From Porticoccaceae bacterium UBA1989 (GTDB lineage Bacteria > Pseudomonadota > Gammaproteobacteria > Pseudomonadales > Porticoccaceae): a stretch of 57,923 bases of DNA. Within the stretch, counting starts at the first letter, position 1, and every line of letters starts with the position of its first letter. The notes beneath the pieces were generated by a model. It was not told where the DNA came from, searched no databases, and saw nothing but the letters and a program-made list of their open reading frames with translations. The DNA lies in contig DDDD01000057.1 of assembly GCA_002335945.1 (NCBI GenBank), positions 1 to 57,923 on the forward strand, in the 5' to 3' direction. Shown one piece after another: positions 11,388-27,201 of this stretch. The position numbers and the translations under genes are program-made.

Positions 11388-11493
11388 GGCTGGCAGTTGC
11401 AAGAGCTATTAACTATAAGAGCCGTCAGCTAAAAGAATTTTTGATAATATTCAAACCGATTAGAATTAACGAACAAAAAAGTGCAGGGACGAT

Positions 11494-12105
11494 ATGTCAT
11501 TTAAAGACAGCTTAAACGAATTGCAGGAAATTGATTTCGCCGATCTGGATATTCAACAGATAGGTGTATGGCCTAGTTCACTAAAGACAATACTGCTGGT
11601 GTTGGTGCTTATCCTTATCTTGGCGTTGGGTTATTTTTTCAAGATAAAAGAAATGAGCCAGCAACATTTTGTCGCCGCGCAAAAAGAATTGAAATTGCTT
11701 GAACAATATGAAAACAAGGCATTTCAAGCAGCCAATCTGGATGCCTATCGGCAGCAGATGATTGAGCTGGATGAGACCTTCGGCGCCCTACTAAAGCAGC
11801 TGCCTAAAGACACCGAAGTGCCTGGCTTACTAGAAGATATTACTGAGGTGGCTTACGGCAGTGGCCTGAGCATGAAATCGATCTCCCTACAGCCAGAGCG
11901 GGCTTCAGAGTTCTATATAGAATTACCTATCAAAATTGATGTAACCGGTGACTATCATGATTTTGGTTCCTTTGTGAGTGGTGTCGCTGCCTTGCCGCGG
12001 ATTGTAACGCTCCACGATTACTCGATTACCCAAACCAATGGCACGCTACTTAACTTAGTGATTGAAGCTAAAACTTATCGCTATAAAGCGGAGGGCGTTC
12101 AATGA
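11494..12105 (+). CDS. pilO: Type IV pilus assembly protein PilO
   Basis: G.WP, QLPKDTEVPGLLEDI, FYIELPI, LPRIVTLHD, AKTYRY. Confidence 0.95.
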   Translation: MSFKDSLNELQEIDFADLDIQQIGVWPSSLKTILLVLVLILILALGYFFKIKEMSQQHFVAAQKELKLLEQYENKAFQAANLDAYRQQMIELDETFGALLKQLPKDTEVPGLLEDITEVAYGSGLSMKSISLQPERASEFYIELPIKIDVTGDYHDFGSFVSGVAALPRIVTLHDYSITQTNGTLLNLVIEAKTYRYKAEGVQ

Positions 12106-12620
12106 AAAAAATAGCGTTAATGGTGGTGAGTTTATTGGCATTGGCGAGTTGCTCCGGTGGTAATCAGTTTGATGATCTAGATGCCAAACTGGCAGATTCT
12201 CGTAATCGCCCCCAGGGCAAAATTGAGCCACTGCCCACCTATCCGTCAGCAGAGCGATTTAGTTATAGCGCCTTAGCCATGCGCAGTCCCTTTGAACCGC
12301 CTGTGGTATTAACCGGTGATGAAAGAGTATCTGGCAATGCGGTTTCGGAGCCTAATCAGGCGAGACAGAAAGAGCCGCTTGAACTGGTTAATTACAGCTC
12401 ACTATCAATGGTTGGAACTCTCAGTAAAGATGCACAGACATGGGCTCTGATCAATGATGGTGAAGGCAGAATCCACAGGGTAATGCAGGGTAATTATTTA
12501 GGCAGAAATTTCGGCAAGATTACGGCTGTTAATAATGTGGAAATAGAAGTTTTGGAAACCGTTCCAGATGGAAAAGGTGGATGGATTAACCGGCCCAGAA
12601 CATTGGGCATGAATGAATAG
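12102..12620 (+). CDS. pilP: Type IV pilus lipoprotein PilP
   Basis: Lipobox LASC, RSPF, KEPLE, GNYLGRNFGKI, DGKGGW. Confidence 0.95.
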   Translation: MKKIALMVVSLLALASCSGGNQFDDLDAKLADSRNRPQGKIEPLPTYPSAERFSYSALAMRSPFEPPVVLTGDERVSGNAVSEPNQARQKEPLELVNYSSLSMVGTLSKDAQTWALINDGEGRIHRVMQGNYLGRNFGKITAVNNVEIEVLETVPDGKGGWINRPRTLGMNE

Positions 12621-14896
12621 TGATCAACTCGTTAGGGAAAATTAAAATGATTAGTCGACTCAAGCACTGTTTGTATTTGTCATTACTTGCTGTATCCGGA
12701 TTACTGTACGGATCTACTATCTGGGCTACGGAAGTAACAGATATAGACTTTGCATCCCTGCCGGGAGATCAGTTTGAAATCACATTGGGGTTTTCTGAAG
12801 AGCCACCAGAGCCAAAGGCTTATGAAATCGCCACGCCGGCGCGTTTGGTGTTGGATTTCCCTGGGGTCCAAAGTGCCCTCGATAAGAAGAAATACACATT
12901 GTCCTTTGAAAATGCACGCAATGCAGTGGTCATATCCGACGGTGCTCGTACGCGCCTTATTCTAAATCTGGTGGAGCCGGTTCCCTTTGATACGCGCATT
13001 GAGGGTAATAGTTTAGTGCTACGGGTGGGGATCGATAACGGCTCTAGACGCAAGTCTAGTGACCTGGTTGCCGAGCTTTCATCATCTACTGTTGAAAGCG
13101 GTATCGATGCTGATTTTGCACTCACAGGCATAGACTTTAAGCGTGGTCCCGAAGGTGCCGGACTGATTACCATCGACCTTAGTGATCCTGCCGTTAATGT
13201 GGATATCGACAAGGTAGGTAAAAAAATTCGTTTAGAATTCTATCAAACCGAGCTGCCTGAGCAGCTAGATCGCAGGCTGGATGTGGTGGACTTTGCGACA
13301 CCAGTAGAAGCGATTGATAGCGTCCAGGATGGCTCGACTACAGTGGTTGTGATTGAGGCCGGTGGTCAGTATGACTACTTAGCCTATCAGGCAGACAGCC
13401 AATATATAGTTAGTGTGAAGCCATTGACTGATTTGGAGCTTGAAGCACAAAACAAGAAGTTTGATTTCAGTGGCGAACGTCTGTCATTAAATTTTCAGGA
13501 TATTGAAGTGCGCTCAGTACTGCAGATAATCGCCGACTTTACCTCACTCAACCTGGTGGCCAGCGACACCGTGACTGGCAGCATTACCCTGCGCCTAGAT
13601 AAAGTGCCCTGGGATCAGGCTCTGGAAATTGTACTCAAGGCTAAGGGTTTGGATAAGCGACAGGAGGGAAATGTATTAATGGTTGCGCCGGCGGCGGAAA
13701 TCGCTGAGCAGGAGCGCCTGCAGGTCGAAGCCAACAAGCAGTTGCAGGAATTAGCGCCATTAGAAACCGCCTTTGTGCGCATTAAATATGCGGATGCAGC
13801 GGAGATTTTTGAATTGTTCACCGTTAAAGCGGATCAGGGTGGCCAGTCAGGTGGTGGTCAGTCTGAAGGTAACGCCACTAACAGCATTCTCTCTGAGCGG
13901 GGTAGCGCCATTGTTGATGAGCGTACTAACACCATTATTTTGACAGATACTGAAGACAAGATTAATGAGTTCAAACGTTTGATTGATGAAATTGATGTAC
14001 CCATTAAGCAGGTATTAATCGAAGCGCGGATCGTGATTGCGAACACCGACTTTAAAAAGGAGCTAGGTGTCACCTGGGGGTTGGCGGGATTGGATAAGTT
14101 AGCTGGCGGGCAGATTGGCAGTGCCAGTGGTGATCGTAGTCTGGGTTTTTCTGGTCGTCGATCAGGATTAACCCCGGGGGCTGGTGTGATTGATACTTTT
14201 ACCTACTCCGCAGATGAAATAGAGAGAGATGATGGTGCCGATGGTATTGCTGGCACTGCGGATGATGGCCCGACGCTATTTACCCAGAATTATGATTTCG
14301 GCTTGGGTGATAGTCTGGCGGTAGATTTGGGCGTCGCTAACCCTACAGGATCATTTAGTCTGGGTTACCTCACTGATAACTTCCTGATTGATCTTGAGCT
14401 CAGCGCATTGGAATCTGATGGCTATGGTGAAATTGTCTCTCAGCCCAAGGTTTTAACCGGTGACAAGCAGCAGGCGACAATCAAGTCTGGTACTGAAATC
14501 GCCTATGAAAAGGAAACCTCCAGTGGTGCCACCAGCGTTGAATTTAAAGAGGCGGTATTACAGCTACAGGTAACGCCTCAGATTACGCCGGATAACCGAA
14601 TCATTATGGACCTGCTCGTATCTCAGGATTCTGTAGGCTCCATTATTTCCGGTGGAGAGCCTTCAATTGATGTGACTCGTATCGAGACTCAGGCACTGGT
14701 TGGAGATGGTCAGACCCTAGTATTAGGCGGTATTTTCCAAACTGAAGAGGTAAACGGTACAGAAAAGGTGCCTTTTCTTGGCGATATACCCTATTTAGGT
14801 AAGCTTTTCAGAAATGACCTGCGAAATATTGAAAAACGTGAAATACTCATCTTTATAACTCCAAAAATAATTGATGATAATCTCCTGGATCGATGA
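12620..14896 (+). CDS. pilQ: Type IV pilus secretin PilQ
   Basis: Two AMIN-like domains, LSLNFQDIEVRSVLQ, VPWDQAL, QVLIEARIV, KVPFLGDIPYLGKLF, EILIFITPKI; start GTG 12620 or ATG 12647. Confidence 0.96.
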   Translation: MINSLGKIKMISRLKHCLYLSLLAVSGLLYGSTIWATEVTDIDFASLPGDQFEITLGFSEEPPEPKAYEIATPARLVLDFPGVQSALDKKKYTLSFENARNAVVISDGARTRLILNLVEPVPFDTRIEGNSLVLRVGIDNGSRRKSSDLVAELSSSTVESGIDADFALTGIDFKRGPEGAGLITIDLSDPAVNVDIDKVGKKIRLEFYQTELPEQLDRRLDVVDFATPVEAIDSVQDGSTTVVVIEAGGQYDYLAYQADSQYIVSVKPLTDLELEAQNKKFDFSGERLSLNFQDIEVRSVLQIIADFTSLNLVASDTVTGSITLRLDKVPWDQALEIVLKAKGLDKRQEGNVLMVAPAAEIAEQERLQVEANKQLQELAPLETAFVRIKYADAAEIFELFTVKADQGGQSGGGQSEGNATNSILSERGSAIVDERTNTIILTDTEDKINEFKRLIDEIDVPIKQVLIEARIVIANTDFKKELGVTWGLAGLDKLAGGQIGSASGDRSLGFSGRRSGLTPGAGVIDTFTYSADEIERDDGADGIAGTADDGPTLFTQNYDFGLGDSLAVDLGVANPTGSFSLGYLTDNFLIDLELSALESDGYGEIVSQPKVLTGDKQQATIKSGTEIAYEKETSSGATSVEFKEAVLQLQVTPQITPDNRIIMDLLVSQDSVGSIISGGEPSIDVTRIETQALVGDGQTLVLGGIFQTEEVNGTEKVPFLGDIPYLGKLFRNDLRNIEKREILIFITPKIIDDNLLDR

Positions 14897-15411
14897 GCGA
14901 ACAGCATATATTTCTAGTCGGGCCCATGGGGGCCGGCAAAACTACTATTGGTAGACAGCTAGCTGACTTTCTTTGTCGGCCATTTATCGACGTGGATAAT
15001 GAAATTGAAGCCCGCACTGGTGCGGATATTCAGTGGATATTTGATATGGAAGGCGAAGAGGGCTTCCGTGATCGAGAAACCAAGGTTCTCCAGGCCATTA
15101 TAGATACCTCGCCCTCCAGTATTATTGCCACGGGCGGCGGTATTATTCTGCGCAGTGAAAACCGCAAAACGCTCCATGAAAGTGGCCAGGTTGTTTATCT
15201 GTCCGCAACCAAAGAGCAGCTCTACGAGCGCACGCGACGTGATAAGAATCGACCATTGCTGCAAGTCGATGATCGACGCGCGGTTATTGATCAGCTAGTC
15301 GAAAAGCGCGACCCTCTGTATCGTGAGATAGCTGACCTGACATTTCCTTCGGGCTCCACCCAGCCCAATAGAATAGCAAAAAAACTCGCCGAAGCATTAT
15401 CAGAGCTTTGA
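14893..15411 (+). CDS. aroK: Shikimate kinase
   Basis: GPMGAGKTTIG P-loop, GEEGFRDRE, ATGGG, RPLL. Confidence 0.96.
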   Translation: MSEQHIFLVGPMGAGKTTIGRQLADFLCRPFIDVDNEIEARTGADIQWIFDMEGEEGFRDRETKVLQAIIDTSPSSIIATGGGIILRSENRKTLHESGQVVYLSATKEQLYERTRRDKNRPLLQVDDRRAVIDQLVEKRDPLYREIADLTFPSGSTQPNRIAKKLAEALSEL

Positions 15412-15473
15412 TAATGAGCCCCGTCTACGCATAATGTGCCTCAGCTTACCTATTACGTAGAGTTGCAGCCCGC

Positions 15474-16586
15474 ATGAGTATCACAGACAGCACCATTGTT
15501 AACCCCGCCAAATCCATTAATGTTGATTTGGGGGAGCGTAGCTATCCCATTCATATTGGCTCGGGGCAGATTTTACAGGCTGATATCAGTCAGTATGTTC
15601 AGGGTAAAAAGGCCCTGATTGTCAGCAATGAAACCATTGCCCCTCTGTATCTCCAGTCGATTTTGGATCAACTCCAAGATAAACAGGTCGATCAGGTGAT
15701 TCTCAAGGACGGCGAGCAGTACAAAAACCTCGATAACCTCAATTTAATTTTCACCCAGCTGATTGAAAAACATCATGACCGTAAAACCACATTGATTGCC
15801 CTTGGCGGTGGCGTGGTGGGTGACATGACCGGCTATGCAGCGGCTAGCTATCAGCGCGGCGTGCCCTTTATTCAAATTCCTACCACCTTGCTGTCTCAGG
15901 TAGATTCTTCGGTGGGAGGCAAAACCGCCGTAAACCATGCTTTGGGCAAGAATATGATCGGGGCTTTTTACCAGCCTCAGGCCGTAATTATTGATACGGA
16001 TACCCTGGCAACGCTTCCTCAGCGCGAGTTTTGTGCGGGTATGGCTGAGGTTATCAAATACGGCTTGATCTCTGATGAGGACTTTTTTCACTGGTTAGAG
16101 GCAAATGTTGACGCGTTACTCGCGCGGGACCCTCAGGCTCTGGCCACGGCCATAGAGCGATCTTGCCTAAATAAAGCCAAGGTTGTGAGTGCCGACGAAA
16201 CTGAACAGGGCATTCGGGCTATTCTTAACTTGGGCCATACCTTTGGTCATGCGATAGAAACTTTTCAGCAATACACTGGCCTGTTACATGGCGAGGCGGT
16301 TGCTGTGGGTATGGTTATGGCGGCTGAACTTTCAGTGCTGTCTGGTGCACTCAAACCTGAGGATGTGGAAAGAACAAAAGGCCTAATTAACGCGTTTTCG
16401 CTGCCTGTAGCGCCACCACAGGATATGCATGCCGATGATTTTATGGCTCTGATGGTGCGAGATAAAAAGGTGTTAGATGGACAACTTCGCTTGATTCTAC
16501 TTGAGCGTATTGGCAGCGCGACTGTCACGGCTGATTTTCGACTGCAATGGCTGGAAGCAACATTGGCTAAAGCCTGTAGCGCCTAA
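15474..16586 (+). CDS. aroB: 3-dehydroquinate synthase
   Basis: [42 protein letters not shown]. Confidence 0.97.
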   Translation: MSITDSTIVNPAKSINVDLGERSYPIHIGSGQILQADISQYVQGKKALIVSNETIAPLYLQSILDQLQDKQVDQVILKDGEQYKNLDNLNLIFTQLIEKHHDRKTTLIALGGGVVGDMTGYAAASYQRGVPFIQIPTTLLSQVDSSVGGKTAVNHALGKNMIGAFYQPQAVIIDTDTLATLPQREFCAGMAEVIKYGLISDEDFFHWLEANVDALLARDPQALATAIERSCLNKAKVVSADETEQGIRAILNLGHTFGHAIETFQQYTGLLHGEAVAVGMVMAAELSVLSGALKPEDVERTKGLINAFSLPVAPPQDMHADDFMALMVRDKKVLDGQLRLILLERIGSATVTADFRLQWLEATLAKACSA

Positions 16587-16717
16587 AAAGCCTAATCCAA
16601 ACCCCGATTGCTGCGTATAATTCATAGTCAGAATTAAGTATTCCTATAATCCTGCTTATATTTGCGACAAAGCGTACGCTGATTGGGCTAGAGGCTACTA
16701 TCGCGGTATATAAGCGA

Positions 16718-16746
16718 TTGTCGACTTCCCCTTCTCTGTGTAAAAT
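16718..16746 (+). promoter_or_regulatory. Putative sigma70 promoter of gltBD
   Basis: TTGTCG-17 bp-TAAAAT, ending 73 bp upstream of the gltB ATG. Confidence 0.55.
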
Positions 16747-16819
16747 AACAGGCTTTGCGCCCACAAAGACAGTATTCCCGTCTTTGCGTATCCATCACTA
16801 TAACTTTTAGAGTTTCCCT

Positions 16820-22725
<5,906 letters not shown>

Positions 22726-22763
22726 GATGGAATTTTTTAAATTATTGCGAGTTAGAGAAATTA

Positions 22764-23819
22764 ATGTCTGAATTAAAGAATGATCGTTTTATTAAAGCCC
22801 TTTTACGCGAGCCATTGGACCGCACGCCGGTATGGATGATGCGTCAAGCTGGACGTTATCTGCCCGAGTACCGTGCCACACGGGGCCAGGCGGGCGACTT
22901 TATGAGCCTGTGTAAAAACACCGAGTTGGCCTGCGAAGTAACCATGCAGCCTCTTGAACGCTACGAGCTTGATGCCGCGATTTTATTCTCAGATATTTTA
23001 ACCATTCCAGATGCCATGGGGCTTGGTCTCTATTTTGAAGAAGGTGAGGGCCCCAAGTTTCGTAAGCCGGTAAGAACTGAAGCGGATATTGAAAAGTTGG
23101 AAGTCATAAACACGGCTTCTGATCTTTCTTATGTCACCGATGCTGTGAGCATGATTCGTCGCGAGCTAAATGGCCGCGTACCCCTTATTGGTTTTTCAGG
23201 CAGCCCATGGACATTGGCTACCTACATGGTCGAAGGTCAGAGTAGTCGCGATTTTGCCCGAGCTAAAACCATGCTTTACACCCAGCCTGAGGTAATGCAT
23301 CAGTTACTGGAAAAGTTAGCCCTGTCGGTTATCGATTATTTAAATGCGCAGATTCGAGCTGGCGCGCAGGTTGTGCAAATTTTTGATACCTGGGGTGGCG
23401 CCCTTAGCCATGCCGCCTATCAGGAATTCTCATTGGCCTATATGGAAAAAATTGTCGCCAATCTAATTACTCATGCAGATGGTCGCGAAGTACCAGTTAT
23501 TTTGTTTACCAAGGGTGGCGGACACTGGTTAGAAGCGATGGCAGATTCAGGTTGCCATGCTCTGGGTCTTGATTGGACGGTTGATATTGGTTCAGCGCGG
23601 GGTCGCGTCGGTGACAAAGTTGCACTGCAGGGCAATATGGATCCCGCCGTATTACGCGCAGATCCAGTGACTATTGAACGTGAGGTCGCCAGTATTCTGA
23701 CCTCTTATGGAGACAATCCTGGGCATATATTTAACCTGGGTCATGGCATTACACCGGATATTGATCCGGCTAATGTGAAAGTGTTTATTGACGCAGTTCA
23801 CAAATTTTCTGCAAACTAG
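22764..23819 (+). CDS. hemE: Uroporphyrinogen decarboxylase
   Basis: [38 protein letters not shown]; start ATG 22764 (MSELKNDRF). Confidence 0.97.
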   Translation: MSELKNDRFIKALLREPLDRTPVWMMRQAGRYLPEYRATRGQAGDFMSLCKNTELACEVTMQPLERYELDAAILFSDILTIPDAMGLGLYFEEGEGPKFRKPVRTEADIEKLEVINTASDLSYVTDAVSMIRRELNGRVPLIGFSGSPWTLATYMVEGQSSRDFARAKTMLYTQPEVMHQLLEKLALSVIDYLNAQIRAGAQVVQIFDTWGGALSHAAYQEFSLAYMEKIVANLITHADGREVPVILFTKGGGHWLEAMADSGCHALGLDWTVDIGSARGRVGDKVALQGNMDPAVLRADPVTIEREVASILTSYGDNPGHIFNLGHGITPDIDPANVKVFIDAVHKFSAN

Positions 23820-23959
23820 TAACCAGCCTGATTCATTCTTGGTCTATATTTACCAGAAGTATTAGCTAGTGCACAGTTTGGAGTTGTGAAGTCTATACAT
23901 TCCTTACCCTATAGTTAATTAGTAAGCCGCTGTGGTGATATCTAATGGATTAGAGTTAT

Positions 23960-25405
23960 GTGGATGGTATGTCGTTAAAGCAATTAAAGGTATTTATACA
24001 CGAGCTTGATGTGGGGATGTTTGTCTCTGCACTAGACAAGCCGTGGGCGGAAACCCCGTTCCCGATTCAGGGCTTTGAAATAAAAACCGGCGCCGATATA
24101 TCCAGAGTGAAAGCCTACTGTGACTATGTTTTTGTCGACACAGAAAAGGGCAGGTCACCTCTTGATGTCGCCTCCGCCTCTGCGGCCCCATCCAATTTCA
24201 GTGTTAAACTTGATAGTCAGTCCCGAGGGGCAACCGGCCGTTCTCCTAATAGCCGCACCCAAAATTGCAATTCAGCGAGCTTTTTAGTTAAACCCAATAC
24301 CTACAAAAAAACCGTCGAGCTGGCCAAAGAAATTCCTGCTGCCCGTCGCGTGATGAATAATTTATTGGGCTGTTTAACCCTAGCGACCAGACAGCTAGTT
24401 CGCGGCGGTGCGTTTAATCAGGAGCAGTTACGTGAGTCAGTAGACGACATGGTCGATAGCGTTATTCGCTGTCCCGATGCGTTCACCTGGTTGCTGAGAC
24501 TGCGTGCCAAAGATACCCATTCCCATGATCATAGTGTGCGCTCATCTCTCTGGGCTACACAGTTCGGCCGTCATATTGGTTTGGACGTCAATGAATTAAA
24601 AGATCTCTGTCTGGCCACATTGCTAAAAGATGTAGGCAAGGTGAAACTGGACCGGACGCTGCTTCATAACATGAGCCGCACGGTTGATGAAGAAGCAGAA
24701 TACCGCAGCTTTGTCAGCCAAAGTGTAGAGCAGTTGCACAAGGCGGGTTTTGAAAATCGTCGAGTTCTAAATATTATTAAATTTCACTGCGAGCGGTTTA
24801 ATGGCGGCGGATTTCCCAAAGGCGTATCTGGTAGCCGTATTCCATTTCTGGCCTCGGTGGCTGGCATAGCCTCTGATTTCGATATGCTCTGTAATCCCCG
24901 GGAGGCTGGTGACACAATGTCACCTTCACAGGCAACCGGTCGATTATATGAATTGCGCGGTACAGATTTTGCCGAAAACCTAGTGCTTGAATTTATTCAA
25001 TCTGTGGGGCTTTATCCGGCAGGTACCATTGTCGAATTAACGACGGGTGACTGTGGCATGGTGATGGAACAAAATGCTAAATCCCGTTTATCCCCGCGTA
25101 TCGCAGTTTTCGATAAAATTACTGAGCCAGATGCACAGTGTATTTTTGTTGATTTGAAAAATGAACAGCAGTCACGTAACCGGTTAAAAAGTTTTGGTAA
25201 GCGCCGCTCCTACGATGTGAAAAATTTAGCGATTGTTAGAGACATAGAACCGGACAGTTTTGGTATCGAATATAGCTTGCTGGAAAACTTGATCGCCAGG
25301 CCGTTTAGCGCAGCCAATGCCGATGCAGTGATGGATATAACTACCATGCCAGCAGCGCGTAATAAGGGCTTTTTCTCCGCACTTAAAGAGCGCTTTGCCA
25401 GCTAA
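23960..25405 (+). CDS. DUF3391-like N-terminal domain plus degenerate HD-GYP domain protein
   Basis: ELDVGMFVSALDKPWAETPFPIQGF N-terminus; HSV, LLKDVGK, HCERFNGGGFPKG, GLYPAGTIVELTTG, all aligning to the HD-GYP architecture. Confidence 0.85.
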   Translation: MDGMSLKQLKVFIHELDVGMFVSALDKPWAETPFPIQGFEIKTGADISRVKAYCDYVFVDTEKGRSPLDVASASAAPSNFSVKLDSQSRGATGRSPNSRTQNCNSASFLVKPNTYKKTVELAKEIPAARRVMNNLLGCLTLATRQLVRGGAFNQEQLRESVDDMVDSVIRCPDAFTWLLRLRAKDTHSHDHSVRSSLWATQFGRHIGLDVNELKDLCLATLLKDVGKVKLDRTLLHNMSRTVDEEAEYRSFVSQSVEQLHKAGFENRRVLNIIKFHCERFNGGGFPKGVSGSRIPFLASVAGIASDFDMLCNPREAGDTMSPSQATGRLYELRGTDFAENLVLEFIQSVGLYPAGTIVELTTGDCGMVMEQNAKSRLSPRIAVFDKITEPDAQCIFVDLKNEQQSRNRLKSFGKRRSYDVKNLAIVRDIEPDSFGIEYSLLENLIARPFSAANADAVMDITTMPAARNKGFFSALKERFAS

Positions 25406-25421
25406 GAAAATGTAGGCATAA

Positions 25422-26276
25422 CTAGCTAATGGTGCCAATTTTCTCACCCATGCACACCGTCGCATGATGTTCGATGTTATCCGTCCAGCTAGTTTTCTGA
25501 TTCTGAAATAACAGAATAACCGTAGAGCCAAATTTAAATCGTCCGATTTCATCGCCCTTCATGAAACTGAGAGACTGATCTGAAAAATCAGTTTCTCGCA
25601 CTGCACCCGGTCCTGGTGTTTCAAAACCACCCCAGACAGTTTCAATACCAGCGACTAGCATGGCACCGACAAATATCACAGCAAAGGTGCCCACTTCCTC
25701 AGATTCAAACTCACAGACCAGTCGTTCGTTGCGGGCAAATAGTCCCGGCAGAGCCTGGGCGGTTTGATCATTGACTGAAAAAAGTTCGCCAGGGACATAG
25801 CGGGTACTCTTAAGCTTGCCCGCTAGGGGAATATGCACTCGGTGGTAATCGCGAGGTGAGAGGTAAATAGTGGCAAAGCTACCATCTTCATAGAGTTTGG
25901 CCTCTGTAGAATCTCCCAATAACCTGCCTGCGGAGTAGTCGATACCTTTGGCCTGAAGGATTTTATTTTTACTGATTGGGCCAGCCTGGCTGATGGCACC
26001 ATCCGCGGGGCAGGCAATACTATCGGCATCAGTATCCAGTGGTCGAACACCCTCTTTTAACGCGCGGGTAAAAAAGGCATTAAAATTTTCGTAGTCATTG
26101 ATATCGTCGCTTAAGGCTTCATCCATATTAATATTAAAGGCGCTAATCGCACGGTTAATAAGTACATTCTTCAACCAGGGGATCTTTGATTCCGCGGCCT
26201 TAGCAATTAAACGGGATAATGCATGTTTGGGCAGTGCACGTTGCAGGGCAACAAATAGTTCGGCGCGATGGGCCAT
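25422..26276 (-). CDS. psd: Phosphatidylserine decarboxylase proenzyme
   Basis: FNAFFTR, PADG, YLSPRDYHRVH, LFARNER, RFKFGSTV cleavage motif. Confidence 0.96.
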   Translation of the reverse strand: MAHRAELFVALQRALPKHALSRLIAKAAESKIPWLKNVLINRAISAFNINMDEALSDDINDYENFNAFFTRALKEGVRPLDTDADSIACPADGAISQAGPISKNKILQAKGIDYSAGRLLGDSTEAKLYEDGSFATIYLSPRDYHRVHIPLAGKLKSTRYVPGELFSVNDQTAQALPGLFARNERLVCEFESEEVGTFAVIFVGAMLVAGIETVWGGFETPGPGAVRETDFSDQSLSFMKGDEIGRFKFGSTVILLFQNQKTSWTDNIEHHATVCMGEKIGTIS

Positions 26277-26303
26277 AATTCTTGTTCTCTAATAGGTTAA
26301 AGG

Positions 26304-27152
26304 TTACTGGTTACCCAGTTCAATGGGACTGTCTTCCGAATTTCCCCATTCTGCCCAGGATCCATCGTAGCCAGTAATATGTTGGTAGCCAAGAATGCGC
26401 GCGACCATATAGGTGAAGCTTGAACGATGGTGGCTCTGGCAGTGAGTGGCAATATGCTTATCTTTGGTAAGGCCCAGTGAATCGAGTATTTCCTGGGCGT
26501 TGCCGCGGATGCGCAGATTGCGCTGTTGATCCATTAGATCAGTCCATTCCAGATGAATAGCGCCGGGAATATGACCACCTCGGGCTGCTCGAACCATATC
26601 ACCACTGTATTCACCGGGGCTTCTCGCATCCCATACAGCAACCTTATCAGCGTCCAATGAACCCAGTAGTTGGTCCATGGTGATTCTAACCTCCGGGTTG
26701 GCAAAGGCGCTGTTTGTGTTTGACTCTATGCTCTGAGGTTGGTTGGCTTCAGATTCACAGGCAAAACCCTCTTTGACCCATGGCACTATGCCGCCGTTCA
26801 AATAGGACCAGTTATGGAGGCCCAGCAGGTCTAAAGACCAGGCCAATCTGCCCGCCCAGCCGCCACCTTCATCGTCGTACAGAATCACATGCTTACTGTC
26901 GTCGATACCCAGATAGTTGACGACCTTATTTAGCTGTTCAATCCCCGGATGTGCCCCTGGCACGGGCGGAGTTCCCGCCACAAGGGCATTACCGGGAAGG
27001 TGCACTGCGCCTGGCACATGCCTGTGTTTATACAGAGCCTGATTACAGAGGTCGACAATAACGAGATGGTGATTATTAGAAGCAGAGCCAGTGCCGTCGG
27101 CGATCAGAGCTTGAAGATCCTGGGGTTCTAACAGGCGTGGAATAGGGGTCAT
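26304..27152 (-). CDS. Two-domain rhodanese/thiosulfate sulfurtransferase (RhdA-like)
   Basis: HVPGA, YDDEGGGWAGR, GHIPGA, active site HCQSHHRS, YDGSWAEW. Confidence 0.92.
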   Translation of the reverse strand: MTPIPRLLEPQDLQALIADGTGSASNNHHLVIVDLCNQALYKHRHVPGAVHLPGNALVAGTPPVPGAHPGIEQLNKVVNYLGIDDSKHVILYDDEGGGWAGRLAWSLDLLGLHNWSYLNGGIVPWVKEGFACESEANQPQSIESNTNSAFANPEVRITMDQLLGSLDADKVAVWDARSPGEYSGDMVRAARGGHIPGAIHLEWTDLMDQQRNLRIRGNAQEILDSLGLTKDKHIATHCQSHHRSSFTYMVARILGYQHITGYDGSWAEWGNSEDSPIELGNQ

Positions 27153-27201
27153 TTTTGCTCCTTAGTAAGCACAGTATTTTATCAGTTTTAAATCATGTGC
27201 C

